A stretch of 63,998 nucleotides of DNA, filler included, from Candidatus Methanoxibalbensis ujae (GCA_026134085.1; 5 parts of 4 records of this genome joined end to end with filler, not necessarily neighbours in it), one strand, 5' to 3'; counted from the first letter of the whole stretch, positions 29,568 through 40,695 are shown. Program-made: numbers and translations. The notes: generated by a model not told the origin, from the sequence alone.

Positions 29568-29975
29568 TCAACATTTCTCAATGTCCATCCCGATATCATC
29601 AAGTTCTCCCTTCTCCTTGAGATTCATGTATGCGAGTTTTGCTATTCCTCCAGCTATGTGCTCCCTGGGTTTTTCCTCAAGTCTGCCATCAATGTATTCT
29701 CTGATTTTCTTTTCATCTGCTGTTGCAATGCTCCTCGCAGTCTGCTCAGTTATGCCCAACTCCCCTGCTATTTCTCTGTAAGTTTTTAACGCCTCATTTT
29801 TCAGCACGATCACATAGGCGGATTCCGCAAGTGACGGGAGCCATGTGAGGTTTCTGTACTCCAAAAGCTTCCTCAAGCCTCCAAGGAGTTTAATACTTTC
29901 AAGAAAAACTTTCTCAGCCATTCTGTCTATATTCCCCCTCTCAGGTCTGATAACCTCCATAATATCACCTCCCAA
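29568..29975 (-). CDS. KaiC-associated HTH regulatory-domain protein
   Basis: LGGLRKLLEYRNLTWLPSLA, EIAGELGITEQT, HIAGGIAKLAY; downstream of the KaiC-domain gene. Confidence 0.7.
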   Translation of the reverse strand: MGGDIMEVIRPERGNIDRMAEKVFLESIKLLGGLRKLLEYRNLTWLPSLAESAYVIVLKNEALKTYREIAGELGITEQTARSIATADEKKIREYIDGRLEEKPREHIAGGIAKLAYMNLKEKGELDDIGMDIEKC

Positions 29976-29981
29976 ATCATC

Positions 29982-30827
29982 TCAAGTTCGGCTTTTCTGC
30001 TTGATATATTCACTCAATGGAGATATAATTTCAATTGTTCCAAATTCTGTTATCTCAAAAACCCAGATTCTGGAATCGTGCCCCGTAATTCTACACCCGT
30101 CGATCCTTATTGTTCTCAACACGCTTCCAATTGGTAAGCCATAAATGGCATCCCATCTTGATTCGATCAGTTTTTTATCGAGCACTATCGTGCCATCAAC
30201 TATATGTGCAACCGCAAGTCCTCCGGCGGCTTCCGCGCTTTCAGACATTTGAGAACTCCTCTTCTGTGAAACAAGGATTCCTGTCTGGCTCCATTTCTTG
30301 AGGAAGTTGAAGAACAGTCTGACTATCTGCCTCGCCATCATCTCCCTGTGTTCATAGAGCCCCGTGATGCTGTCCACTATGACATTTGTGACCTTTTTCT
30401 CTCTGATGGCATGTGCCATCGTGTCCAGCAAAGCCTTCGGGTTTTCCCTCAGCTCGTTGCTTTCTGAAGCGTCAATTACCACTATGTTTTCTTCGACTTT
30501 GCTGAAATCAGCATGCATTGCAGTGCTCTTCTGTTTCAGCGATGTGTAGAGGAAGTTTGCGGGATTTTCGACAGTGACAAACAGGACGCGATAACCCGCA
30601 TCAGCCTGTGTAACTGCAAACTGTTCCGCAAGCACGCTCTTTCCTGAATCCGGCACACCTGTTATGTTCATCACGGAGAGATACGGTAAACCACCAAGTG
30701 GCTTTTTGACGATTTTCCCATCCTCCTCCTCCATTTTAAAAAACATCTCGTCAAGCTTCGTTCCCGTCGGAATTCCAAAAAGCTTTGGAGCTCTGGACTC
30801 AAGTTCCCCGAGCTCGTAGTATTTCAT
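29982..30827 (-). CDS. Single-domain KaiC/RecA-superfamily ATPase
   Basis: GVPDSGKS Walker A, VIVDSITG, AHIVDGTIVL, DGCRITGH. Confidence 0.85.
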   Translation of the reverse strand: MKYYELGELESRAPKLFGIPTGTKLDEMFFKMEEEDGKIVKKPLGGLPYLSVMNITGVPDSGKSVLAEQFAVTQADAGYRVLFVTVENPANFLYTSLKQKSTAMHADFSKVEENIVVIDASESNELRENPKALLDTMAHAIREKKVTNVIVDSITGLYEHREMMARQIVRLFFNFLKKWSQTGILVSQKRSSQMSESAEAAGGLAVAHIVDGTIVLDKKLIESRWDAIYGLPIGSVLRTIRIDGCRITGHDSRIWVFEITEFGTIEIISPLSEYIKQKSRT

Positions 30828-30932
30828 ATGCTATTGTTCAACCTGGCTCTTTATATTGCTGCTGATCCCAAGTTATTGCTGCTGATCCTAAGTGAGAGTC
30901 TATGGGCATGCTTGAGGGGAGGGACTGAATGC

Positions 30933-31032
30933 NNNNNNNNNNNNNNNNNNNNNNNNNNNNNNNNNNNNNNNNNNNNTTAATTAATTAANNNNNNNNNNNN
31001 NNNNNNNNNNNNNNNNNNNNNNNNNNNNNNNN
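30933..31032. other. Artificial contig linker
   Basis: N-run with TTAATTAATTAA. Confidence 0.95.
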
Positions 31033-31302
31033 GAAAGGTGAACAATAAATCAATACAATGCCATTCCATAAATAATATCAAGTATAAAGAGAGTAATCAT
31101 AGAGAAGTTTATACAATACATCATGCTTTTGCTGTGGCTCAATGAACACGGAAATACATAATTCGTCTGCTCGGACTGTGGCTGTAGCTACCATTAAGAG
31201 CCATGGGGCTGCTCATGGCAGGTGCTTTCGTTACCCTAAGGGGAGCACACTCCTCAACCTCATCCGTCTGATGCCCTCCATTTTAATGGTGGGAAGAGTC
31301 AC
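31033..31302 (+). mobile_element. Heavily deleted tnpB 3' remnant plus IS200/IS605 right end, same family as 1-883
   Basis: Shares CAATGCCAT, ATCAAGTATAA, GCTGTGGCTCAATGAACAC, CACACTCC.CAACCTC and GATGCCC..TTTAATGG..GTCAC with 570-883. Confidence 0.8.
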
Positions 31303-31497
31303 GTATGCGCCTCCTCATCCAATCGTTTCTTTTTCTCCTCTCCATCTCGTTCGCCATCTCGTTATCAAGAGTGCTCCTCGCACCTCATAATCCAGACCTC
31401 ATAACTTCTCCAGCTTTCAATGACTATTGTCAGACATAAAGATGAGGCTGAAACCCGCCGCGACGCCATTTCGCATGCCACGCTGCTGGACATGGTC

Positions 31498-32826
31498 TCA
31501 CAACTTCGCATACATGGAAATGATTTTGGCCAGGGATTTGAGCAGTTTGGGATGTCTCAGGATCTCACGCAGTATTCTGATGAGCACGCCTGATGGAAAA
31601 TCCATATCCCCCTCTTTTACGGCATCCATCACATCAGCATGCTTCAAAGCGCTGAATATGGCGTCAAAATCGTGATCTCCGAGCCTGCACCGCAGTTTGT
31701 GTATGCGCAGTCCGAATGAAATCTCTCTGCCGAGCATATGCATCCACGAGCGTTCATATTCAGCGAGATATGACATGTCGCCGCTGAGTGCCGCTTCAGC
31801 CGCTTTTTCGCCCGCGATCTTCCCGCATTTAATGCTGTAAAAAACACCACCTCCCGACACAGGTTTTACCTGCGCTGCTGCATCGCCCACTAGCAAAACG
31901 CCTTTTTCAGTGGAAAATGTGGGAAACTTCAGATTTCTCGCAACTGGAATGACACCGGCGTTGAGCGCAAACACCTTTCGCCATGCATTTGTTTTTTTTG
32001 TATTCTGGCTGTTTCTGCTGATTTTGTTGATTTTATTGATTTTATTGCCGCGAGAGCCTTCAATGCAGGAGATTCTTTTTGAGACAACAGGATGTCTGAA
32101 AAGCGATTCCAGAAGATCAAAGGGTGAGCGATCCGGTGAGATGCGTGTATCAGCGCATAGACCGATGCGAGCCACGAGGTTTCCTGCCGGAACAGCCCAT
32201 GCGAAGAATCCGGGTGCGATCCTGCTGCTCACGAATATCTCAGCGTTTTCAGAGGTGTCGTATGCACATTCAACCTGCACGCACTTCAGGAGATTTGATC
32301 GCTCGCTGCCGCTCTCCAAGCCTGAATACCTTGCTACGATGCTGCCGGCGCCATCTGCACCAACAACAACCTTCGCACGGATCTCCGTGAAATGCGGCTC
32401 GGAAGTTGCTCTGTCTTTCAGCGTTTTCACCTTCAAAACAGATACAGTGCGTTCTCTTTTTACAGCGACCACCTTTGCATGCGTCATGATATCAGCACCT
32501 GCGCGCACTGCGGACATCGCGAGCTCTCTGTCAAAAAAATCCCTGCGAATGACGACAGCGCCGTTGTAGTCTGCGTGTATGTCTATGAGCGATGGGGAGT
32601 AAGCGGTGAAACCTCTGATATCCGATACGATGCAGCGCTGTGGATGGATCCCGCTCTCATGCAACGCTCTCCTGCTTATCAGCCCAGCGCACTGAACAGG
32701 TGAGCCTATCTCGGCATGCTCCTCCAGAATGAGTGTTCTCGCACCACTCAACGCCGCATACTTCGCAGCCATGCACCCCGCAGGCCCTCCACCAGCAACG
32801 ACAACATCATAATGTGCCATCAACAC
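31498..32826 (-). CDS. Geranylgeranyl reductase family (DGGGPL reductase-like)
   Basis: GGGPAG, PVQCAGLIS, RDFFDRELA, GADG, PGFFAW, VGDAAAQVKPVSGGG. Confidence 0.85.
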   Translation of the reverse strand: MLMAHYDVVVAGGGPAGCMAAKYAALSGARTLILEEHAEIGSPVQCAGLISRRALHESGIHPQRCIVSDIRGFTAYSPSLIDIHADYNGAVVIRRDFFDRELAMSAVRAGADIMTHAKVVAVKRERTVSVLKVKTLKDRATSEPHFTEIRAKVVVGADGAGSIVARYSGLESGSERSNLLKCVQVECAYDTSENAEIFVSSRIAPGFFAWAVPAGNLVARIGLCADTRISPDRSPFDLLESLFRHPVVSKRISCIEGSRGNKINKINKISRNSQNTKKTNAWRKVFALNAGVIPVARNLKFPTFSTEKGVLLVGDAAAQVKPVSGGGVFYSIKCGKIAGEKAAEAALSGDMSYLAEYERSWMHMLGREISFGLRIHKLRCRLGDHDFDAIFSALKHADVMDAVKEGDMDFPSGVLIRILREILRHPKLLKSLAKIISMYAKL

Positions 32827-32858
32827 TCAAACGCCGAACATTCTTTTTATATTAGAGA

Positions 32859-33155
32859 ATGAAAGATGAGGTGATGGCTGAGAAAGAGGAGGGAGAAGAA
32901 GCACAGCGCATGGAGGGCCGCATATACACAATACCTCTCAGAGATGTGAAGAAGGTTGCGAGATGGCGAAGGAGTAAGAGAGCAGTTTATGAGATCCGTA
33001 AGTTTCTTCAGCGACATATGAAAGCGGATGTTGTGATTATAGACCCGGCGCTCAATGAGAAGATATGGGAAAGAGGTGCGGAGAAACCACCTTCAAAAAT
33101 ACGGGTGAAAGCAACTGAGATAGAGGAAGGCGTCGTCAAAGCTGAACCGATATAA
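32859..33155 (+). CDS. rpl31e: 50S ribosomal protein L31e
   Basis: [31 protein letters not shown]. Confidence 0.95.
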   Translation: MKDEVMAEKEEGEEAQRMEGRIYTIPLRDVKKVARWRRSKRAVYEIRKFLQRHMKADVVIIDPALNEKIWERGAEKPPSKIRVKATEIEEGVVKAEPI

Positions 33156-33195
33156 GTCACATCTGATACATTATGATGATCGCCTATCATGACCC

Positions 33196-33975
33196 ATGGA
33201 GTGGCAGGCAGTGTATGTGCTGTGGCTGCGAGAGATGAAGAACATGTATCGTGCGAAGAGCAGGATAATAGGCGCTCTCGGCATGCCTTTTTTCTTCCTC
33301 GTGTTCATGAGCCTCGGTTTCCGCCGTGCGGAGATTCCAGGTGTGCCTCCCGGTGATTATGTGCTGTTTCTGACGCCTGGCATAATAGGCATGACAACAC
33401 TGTTCAGCTCAATGTTCGCCGGGATCTCAGTGCTGTGGGACAAACAGTTCGGATTTATGAGGGAGGTGATGGTCGCACCTGTCTCCCGTCTGTCAATCGT
33501 CATCGGTCGCGCACTGGGAGGAGCTTCCGTATCTCTGACGCAGAGCATTTTGATTATGATATTGAGCATTCCGGTTGGATTCCGCATATCCTCACCGCTT
33601 ATGATAGTGCCCGCGATAGCGCTGATGAGCATAATTTCGTTCGGATTCATCGGTCTCGGTCTGATATTTGCTGCTTTGATGAACGACCCTCACGGCTTCT
33701 CACTCATCGTCAACTTCGTTATTTTCCCCATTTTCCTGCTCTCAGGCGCGATAATACCGATCGAAACACTGCCATCATGGCTTCTCCCGGCATGCTACGC
33801 AAATCCGCTGACATACGGCGTTGACATGCTGAGATTCATGCTCCTGGATGCGGATGTCGCTCACGAGATGACAAAATTCCCGGCACTTGTGAGCATGGCA
33901 GTCGTGCTATCGTTCGCTGTCCTGACACTCGGCATAAGCACAATCCTTTTTGAAAATGAGGAGGATTATCAGTGA
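33196..33975 (+). CDS. ABC-2 type exporter permease (no ATPase adjacent)
   Basis: PGIIGMTTLF, DKQFGFMREVMVAPVSR, NPLTYGVD. Confidence 0.85.
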   Translation: MEWQAVYVLWLREMKNMYRAKSRIIGALGMPFFFLVFMSLGFRRAEIPGVPPGDYVLFLTPGIIGMTTLFSSMFAGISVLWDKQFGFMREVMVAPVSRLSIVIGRALGGASVSLTQSILIMILSIPVGFRISSPLMIVPAIALMSIISFGFIGLGLIFAALMNDPHGFSLIVNFVIFPIFLLSGAIIPIETLPSWLLPACYANPLTYGVDMLRFMLLDADVAHEMTKFPALVSMAVVLSFAVLTLGISTILFENEEDYQ

Positions 33976-34014
33976 ACTTCGCCATCGGACTGCTCTGTTT
34001 CTTTGACATCACTC

Positions 34015-34125
34015 CTCCTCACAGCATCACAACATCAAAACATCTCAAAACATCATAACATCTCAACATCACAACATCAAAACATCACAGCACATCTCAA
34101 CATCAAAACATCACAACATCACAGC
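34015..34125. repeat. Degenerate ACATC/ACAACATC microsatellite
   Basis: More than 10 imperfect copies, e.g. CATCACAACATCAAAACATC. Confidence 0.7.
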
Positions 34126-34211
34126 ACGCAAAAATCGCATAATCGTGATGATGATGATTTGTGGATATCAGAACAGTGGTTAATCAGAATCGTTGCGCAT
34201 CACAGGCATCA

Positions 34212-34697
34212 TCACAATATCACATAGCACTGGAGTATGAGTTGCTCCCCCTCACGCACGTTTTCCTCCGCTATGAAGGGCATTTTGCGTGTTGTGGAGG
34301 CGAGCAAGCCGTTAATACTTGTTTTTTCACCTTTCCTTTTGGTGATATCTGCAAGTGTTATAAATGACACAAGTTTTGGGAGCTCAATTTTCACACCTTC
34401 CCTCCATGCTTTCAGAGTGTCAAGGGCATCGGCAGGAGGTATAGGAAAGATTTCAACGCGCAATTTCGTCTTCCAACGCCTCACATCCTCTTTCAGCTCA
34501 AACTGCTTTCGCCGCTCACCGTAGGGGAAGAGGCTCTCTATGCTCGTTTTCTCGCCTTTCCTCACGCTTTTCCGAGCCAGCATCTCAATACTGCCGAGCG
34601 GTTTTTCCTCAGTTATCAAAGGCGGAGATGATGAGATGCCGAGTGCTTCATATGCCGCCAATTTTATCCCCTCACCGAGCCTTGCGACAGGGCACAA
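34212..34697 (-). CDS. Hypothetical protein with an internal repeat
   Basis: 161-aa ORF; RKGEKTSI occurs twice about 75 aa apart. Confidence 0.5.
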   Translation of the reverse strand: MCPVARLGEGIKLAAYEALGISSSPPLITEEKPLGSIEMLARKSVRKGEKTSIESLFPYGERRKQFELKEDVRRWKTKLRVEIFPIPPADALDTLKAWREGVKIELPKLVSFITLADITKRKGEKTSINGLLASTTRKMPFIAEENVREGEQLILQCYVIL

Positions 34698-34768
34698 CTA
34701 AGGAGATGAAGGAGCGCATATATAAATTTTGTCATGATTTTGTCAGACTGATATTAAATGAACAATAA

Positions 34769-35953
34769 ATGAACAACCTGATGAAGATGCGTGTCGCTCG
34801 CAGGCTCACATCACTGCCGCCGTATCTGTTTGATGCGCTTGATGCGAAGAAGGAGGAAGAGGCCAAGAAAGGCGTGGAGATCATTGATCTGGGAGTGGGC
34901 GATCCTGATATACCGACACCGCCTCATATAATCCGGGCGTGCTGCGAAGCGCTGAAGGATGCGAGAAATCACAGATATCCCTCATATGAGGGGATGCTTG
35001 AGTTCAGACAGGCTGTCGCATCATGGTATAAGCGCAGGAAAGGCGTGTCGCTTTACGCTGAGAGGGAGGTTCTGGCGCTGATAGGCTCAAAAGAGGGGAT
35101 TGCGCACGCAGCCATCGCATTTCTGGACAGAGAGGACATTGCTCTCGTGCCTGATCCAGCGTATCCCGTGTATAAGAACGCGACAATTCTCGCAGATGCC
35201 GCATATCATGAGATGCCCCTGCTTGAGGAGAACAATTTCATACCTGACCTCTGGAGCATTCCCCCCGATATAGCGAGGCGTGCAAAAATCATGTTTCTGA
35301 ACTATCCAAACAACCCGACAGCAGCATCCGTGACAAAAGATTTCTTCAAAGAAGTCGTTGATTTCGCAAAAGAATATGATATAATTGTATTTCATGACAA
35401 TCCATACTCCGAGCTTACATATGATGGATACAGTGCACCGAGCTTTTTATCTGTTGACGGCGCCATAGATGTTGGAATAGAATTCAATTCACTGTCCAAA
35501 ACATACAACATGACAGGCTGGCGGATAGGTTTCGCCGTTGGAAATGCTGATATCATCGCAGGTATTCGGAAAATGAAGACCAATATTGATTCGGGAACAT
35601 TTCAGGCAATTCAGATAGCCGCGATCGCCGCACTGAATGGTCCGCAGGACTGTGTTGATCGCAACATGGAAATTTATAAAAGAAGAAGAGATATTCTTGT
35701 TGAATGTCTGAACAATGTGGGAATCCCCGCCAAAAAGCCTCGTGCAACATTTTATGTGTGGGCGAAAGTCCCTCATAAATTCTCATCAATTGATTTCGCA
35801 ATGCTTCTCCTCAAAAAAGCGGGAATTGTCGCAACTCCTGGTATAGGGTTCGGCAAACACGGTGAGGGATTTGTCAGATTCTCGCTTTGCGTGAGTGAAG
35901 ATAAAATAAGAATTGCCTGTGAACGATTGGAAAAGATGAATTTTGAGCAGTAA
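34769..35953 (+). CDS. dapL: LL-diaminopimelate aminotransferase
   Basis: LPPYLF, DLGVGDPD, LIGSKEGIAH, NYPNNPT, SLSKTYNMTGWRIG, KTNIDSG. Confidence 0.85.
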   Translation: MNNLMKMRVARRLTSLPPYLFDALDAKKEEEAKKGVEIIDLGVGDPDIPTPPHIIRACCEALKDARNHRYPSYEGMLEFRQAVASWYKRRKGVSLYAEREVLALIGSKEGIAHAAIAFLDREDIALVPDPAYPVYKNATILADAAYHEMPLLEENNFIPDLWSIPPDIARRAKIMFLNYPNNPTAASVTKDFFKEVVDFAKEYDIIVFHDNPYSELTYDGYSAPSFLSVDGAIDVGIEFNSLSKTYNMTGWRIGFAVGNADIIAGIRKMKTNIDSGTFQAIQIAAIAALNGPQDCVDRNMEIYKRRRDILVECLNNVGIPAKKPRATFYVWAKVPHKFSSIDFAMLLLKKAGIVATPGIGFGKHGEGFVRFSLCVSEDKIRIACERLEKMNFEQ

Positions 35954-36598
35954 AAAATGACGGGAAATAATTGAAAAAGAACTGAGAAAACTGGAGAAAG
36001 AGACTCTGAGATAATAAATATAAATATGGTTTTAGGTCTGAATCTGAAAAGGTGAATTTGAAAAGGAAAGGAGTAGTGGAAAATGAAGGGAAAGATATTA
36101 AGGTGCCAAAAGAAGAAGAAATTGAGATATGCGATCTGCTTTGGTTGAACGAAGAAAAATGAGGAAGTATGAAGGATGGGAGTAAGGAGAAGATAAAGGA
36201 AAGAGAAGATAAAGGAAAGTGAAAAGATGAAATCTGAGTCAAAGTGAATTGGCAATATCTTCACCTGAAACATGCGTATAGATTTTGCTGCATTTTTCAC
36301 TATGCTGAATTGTTCTTTTGCTGTATTTTCCACTCTTGAAGACTAAACCCTGCTTATTAACACCATGAATTTCCAATTTTCAATCTGGAATGTGAGACTG
36401 ATTTAAAAACATTTTTATGACTTGAGACCTGCCTGTTTAACAGGGATACTTTCTCAGCTTTATTTCTTCGATTGCATATCAGATCATATTTTTAAGCTTT
36501 TCAAAGTTCAGACTCACAAAAGTAACGAGATAAAGGTTCGCTCCTATGGTAGAAAATTTTGTGAAACAGTCGTCAGGCGAAAGTTGAGGTGATCAAGC

Positions 36599-37648
36599 AT
36601 GGACGACTATAAGGAAAGAAAATATTTGTCAGCGATAGAGGTAGCCAGATATCTGGGAATAACCGTAAAACAGGTTCATAGTTTATTAAAATCAGGAAGA
36701 CTTAAAGGTTTTAAAGCAGCAAGCGGGCAGTATAGATTTGATTTAAGAGATGTGAAGGAAATGGAAGATCACATTCATGGTTCAAATAAAATTTTTACAG
36801 AAGCAGAAATGTCAATTAAAACAGAAAATATTATATCAATCAATGGAACAACGCAAATAGTTTATGTTAAAGATGCAAGAGATATGAAAGAGATAAAAGA
36901 CAATTCTGTTCATCTGATGATTACTTCCCCTCCATATTTTGATGCTAAGCTTTATTCCAAAAATTCAATAGAAGGCGATTTAGGAAACATACATGATTTG
37001 GATGAATGGTTTAACGAAATAGGAAAAGTTTGGAAGGAGGTTTTTAGAGTTTTACAACCAGGAAGGAAGGCGTTTATAAACATCATGAATTTGCCTGTGA
37101 GAACGAAACATGGATTTAAGAGTTTAAACATTGTTGGTAGAACTATTGACCTCTGCGAAAGCATCGGTTTTATTTTCAGGCGAGAAATTATATGGCATAA
37201 AACAAATTCTGTAAGAGCTCATTTTGGAACATATCCATATCCTGGAAATATACTTATAAATTACGCTCATGAATTTATATTGGAATTTGAAAAACCTGCG
37301 CCTAAAAACTATAAAAAATATGAACATCTAACAGAGGAACAAAAAGAAGCATCCAAACTTGAAAAGGATTTTTGGATAGAGATTAAAAAATCGGATGTAT
37401 GGTTAATGAAGCCAGAAGGAAGTGGAGACAATAGGGATCATCCCGCACCGTTTCCTTATGAATTACCGTATAGATTGATAAAGGCATATAGCTTTGTTGG
37501 TGAAACGGTGCTTGATCCTTTTTTGGGTTCAGGGACCACATTGGTTGTAGCGAGAGATTTAAAAAGAAATGGGATAGGATACGAAATTAATCCCGAAATC
37601 GCTAAGGAAGCTGTAATGAAAATCAAAAACTTTCAACAGAAATTATGA
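36599..37648 (+). CDS. Beta-class amino (N4-C/N6-A) DNA methyltransferase with an N-terminal excisionase-like HTH
   Basis: YLSAIEVARYLGIT..GRLKG HTH; ITSPPY before HPAPFP and DPFLGSGTT; low GC. Confidence 0.9.
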   Translation: MDDYKERKYLSAIEVARYLGITVKQVHSLLKSGRLKGFKAASGQYRFDLRDVKEMEDHIHGSNKIFTEAEMSIKTENIISINGTTQIVYVKDARDMKEIKDNSVHLMITSPPYFDAKLYSKNSIEGDLGNIHDLDEWFNEIGKVWKEVFRVLQPGRKAFINIMNLPVRTKHGFKSLNIVGRTIDLCESIGFIFRREIIWHKTNSVRAHFGTYPYPGNILINYAHEFILEFEKPAPKNYKKYEHLTEEQKEASKLEKDFWIEIKKSDVWLMKPEGSGDNRDHPAPFPYELPYRLIKAYSFVGETVLDPFLGSGTTLVVARDLKRNGIGYEINPEIAKEAVMKIKNFQQKL

Positions 37649-37654
37649 GGTGAA

Positions 37655-38795
37655 ATGAGCAGGAAAAAAGATGCAAAATTGGTATATGCACAATCAAGCG
37701 ATATAAAAGCGAGAACATACATAGAGTATAGAAAAGATATGAAAAAGAAAGCTATAGCAGAGTTAGAGATAAAAGAGTGGCTTGAGAACAAGTTAAAGGA
37801 AGAGTTAGGAAGAAAGGACATAGTTGTTGATGGAGGAGATAGATTTTTATGGTTTTTAAGGGAAGGAGGAATAACAGGAAAGCCCGATTTTATTGCCTAT
37901 GTCGGCGAGAAGGAAAAGTTATTTGTGGAGTTTCAATATACTGATAAGGAAGACTTGCAATATTTTGATTTTAAAATTTCAAAAGTTGCTAAGAAAAAGG
38001 GAGGGGAGAGGATTCCTTACGATGATAGAATCTTTCTTTATATTCTCAAAAATTCATTGAGATATGCCTTTATAGAACCAAAATGGATAGTGGAACATGG
38101 AGAAATTGGTGTGGTAGATGCATGGGGAAGTCGCCCAGCTTACCGTGTTCCAAAAGAGGATTTTGAGAGCTAAAAAGGGATGAATATTTGAAACCCTTTA
38201 TTGAAACCATAGATGCCTAACCATTTTAGATTTTCAACATCAACTGATCTATGGGAAGATGAGTTATCTAAGGAATTGCAAAAGGTGGTTGATGAAGAAA
38301 AGCTGGTGAAAATCATACCAAAAACCTCAGAAGGATTTTTCAAAGTTTATTTCATATTAGATCATCTTGATAGTGTTCTAAATACAAGCTTGTGGCTTGT
38401 TTATCTTTTGAGTTATGTGAACAATAAATTAACCTTGAGAGACATCGCAATGTCTTATTCACTTGATTTTCTCTATGCTAAAATTCCCCATGGTCAAATT
38501 AAACAGAATGAATTAAGAGAGCTGGAAGGAAAATCGGGAAAATTAATAAAGTTAATTGACTCTTATTACAATAATGAGGAGGGTCTTTATAAGTCTTCGA
38601 TTAAAGAAAGCCCGTTGGAGGAGACAAGATATGCTCTTTTTTTCTATCAACCTCATTGAAGATATTGTTCAAGACGCCATCCACTACCATAATGCCGATT
38701 TAAATCCAATAGCAAAAATTTATCAGCATGTTGAGAATCCCAAAAAGATTGCAGAAGTGATAAGGAATGAGATGGTGCCTCTTCGTCTGACATAG
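37655..38795 (+). pseudogene. Frameshifted PD-(D/E)xK-like restriction endonuclease partner
   Basis: KPDF..FVEFQ motif; three consecutive ORF pieces (37655-38173, 38213-38659, 38556-38795) can be linked by short frameshifts. Confidence 0.6.
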
Positions 38796-39258
38796 CATAT
38801 ACAGCTTGTTCGCCAGAATCTCGGCTTCACCGCTCAACAAAATCTCCTCCACCACAAGCGGGCGCATGTGGAGTGGGAAAAGAAATCTTCAATTTGATTC
38901 TTCACGCTTCTTCGGGATTCAGAGGGGTCGCTATGGCTATGATATGAGAAACGGAGATAAGCTTTCAGCAATAGTGATTTTTGCTTTCTCCAATCCTCAG
39001 AAGGATTCCGCCGGAAGATAGATTTTCCTGAGGCTGAAAGGAGCAGATTCTGAATTCTGAATGTACTCGCCTGAGCGCCAGCCATCTGTGTTTGAGGATG
39101 CAGAAGAGATGACACTGGCCCTCTTATGAATGAGTCTGCAGAGTGCCGTTTTCCTCTGTCATTCATGCACTGCAGGCGAGTCTGCGCCGCACATCGTGAT
39201 GTTGTAAGAAAATGGGAGTGTGGCAAAACTTAATGATGTGGATTGTGAATCTCTGCAT

Positions 39259-40656
39259 ATGAAGATCTACGGATTGACAGCTGATGAAATCCATAGGAAA
39301 CTGAGATCAGGTGATGTTTCAGTTGCTGTTTTCGGTATTGGCAAGATAGGACTGCCGATAGCAGCGATATTCGCGAGCAAGGGTGTGAGAGTTGAGGGTG
39401 TTGATGTGAAAGAGGAAGTGGTCAAGTGTGTGAACAGATGTGAGAACCCCCTGAAAGAGGAGCCAGGACTGAGCGATTTGTTATCAGAAGCTGTGTCTTC
39501 AGGAAGGTTGAGTGCAACGACTGATGCCATTCGTGCTGCGAGGGATGCGGATGTCATGATAATTGCTGTGCCCACGCTGCTTGATGACAGGAGGAACCCT
39601 GATTTATCTGCTGTTATGGATGTATGTGATAACATATCAGCGGGACTTGAAAAGGGAGATATAGTGATCACAGCGAGCACACTGCCGCCGAAGACGACGA
39701 GAGACGTCATTGTTCCTTTTCTTGAGAAGCGTTCCGGAATGCACATGGGGGAGTTCGGCGTCGCTCACTGTCCTGAGCGCGTTTCTTCAGGCAGGGCAAT
39801 AGAAGATATGACGAGAGCATATCCTCAGATAGTTGGTGGTGCGGATGAGAAGAGCACAGAAACTGCAGCAGCGATTTACAGCCTGATAAATGAAAAGGGA
39901 GTTATCCGCGTCAGCGATGCCACCACAGCAGAGGCTGTAAAAGTGTTTGAAGGTGTTTACAGAGATGTGAACATCGCACTCGCAAATCAGCTCGCAATGA
40001 TATGCGAAGAGATAGGGATAGATGCAATTGAAACAATAAAAGCAGCAAACACACAGCCTTACTGCAATATTCACATGCCTGGATGTGGTGTGGGAGGTCA
40101 TTGCATCCCAGTGTATCCTTATTTCCTCATAAACACCGTTGATACCGACACTTCCATTCTCAAGATTGCACGCAGGATAAACGACGAAATGCCAGAACAC
40201 ACTGTTGAACTCCTTTGGGATGCGCTTAAATCGTATCATGATGAGATGAAGGACAGTGATGAGATGCGTACGGAGAGGCCGAGAATACTTGTTCTGGGGC
40301 TCACATTCAGGGGCGGTGTGAGGGAGACGAGATACAGTCCTGCGTTGAAAATCATAGATGTGCTCAGGGATTCTGTTGATGTGTTTGCATATGATCCCAT
40401 CATGGAGAGGTCGGAGATAGAGAGATATGCACCTTACATGCATCCTTACGACGCTGAAAATCTGGATGCTATCATCATCGCATCTGATCATGAGGAGTTT
40501 AAACGCATTGATTGGAAAATAATCAGCGAGAGAATGCGCAGAAAAATAATTGTTGATGGAAGAAATGTGTGCGATGCGGATGAAATGCGCAAACTTCGCT
40601 TCAAATATCTGCGCATAGGCTACGCACCATGTCGTGGCGTCAGCAGCATGCGGTGA
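39259..40656 (+). CDS. Nucleotide-sugar dehydrogenase (UDP-ManNAc/UDP-GlcNAc dehydrogenase family)
   Basis: GIGKIG, AVPT, PERVSSG, RDVNIALAN, GVGGHCIP, YDP, DGRN. Confidence 0.88.
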   Translation: MKIYGLTADEIHRKLRSGDVSVAVFGIGKIGLPIAAIFASKGVRVEGVDVKEEVVKCVNRCENPLKEEPGLSDLLSEAVSSGRLSATTDAIRAARDADVMIIAVPTLLDDRRNPDLSAVMDVCDNISAGLEKGDIVITASTLPPKTTRDVIVPFLEKRSGMHMGEFGVAHCPERVSSGRAIEDMTRAYPQIVGGADEKSTETAAAIYSLINEKGVIRVSDATTAEAVKVFEGVYRDVNIALANQLAMICEEIGIDAIETIKAANTQPYCNIHMPGCGVGGHCIPVYPYFLINTVDTDTSILKIARRINDEMPEHTVELLWDALKSYHDEMKDSDEMRTERPRILVLGLTFRGGVRETRYSPALKIIDVLRDSVDVFAYDPIMERSEIERYAPYMHPYDAENLDAIIIASDHEEFKRIDWKIISERMRRKIIVDGRNVCDADEMRKLRFKYLRIGYAPCRGVSSMR

Positions 40657-40695
40657 GTGTTTTTTTTCTTTCTTTCCCTTCCTGTTCAAATTGAA

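Noticed and set aside
35954..36590. Purine-rich and AT-rich fragments before the methyltransferase (also 38800-39200, 53990-54350)
   Set aside because: Probably decayed genes, but no motif I can assign.
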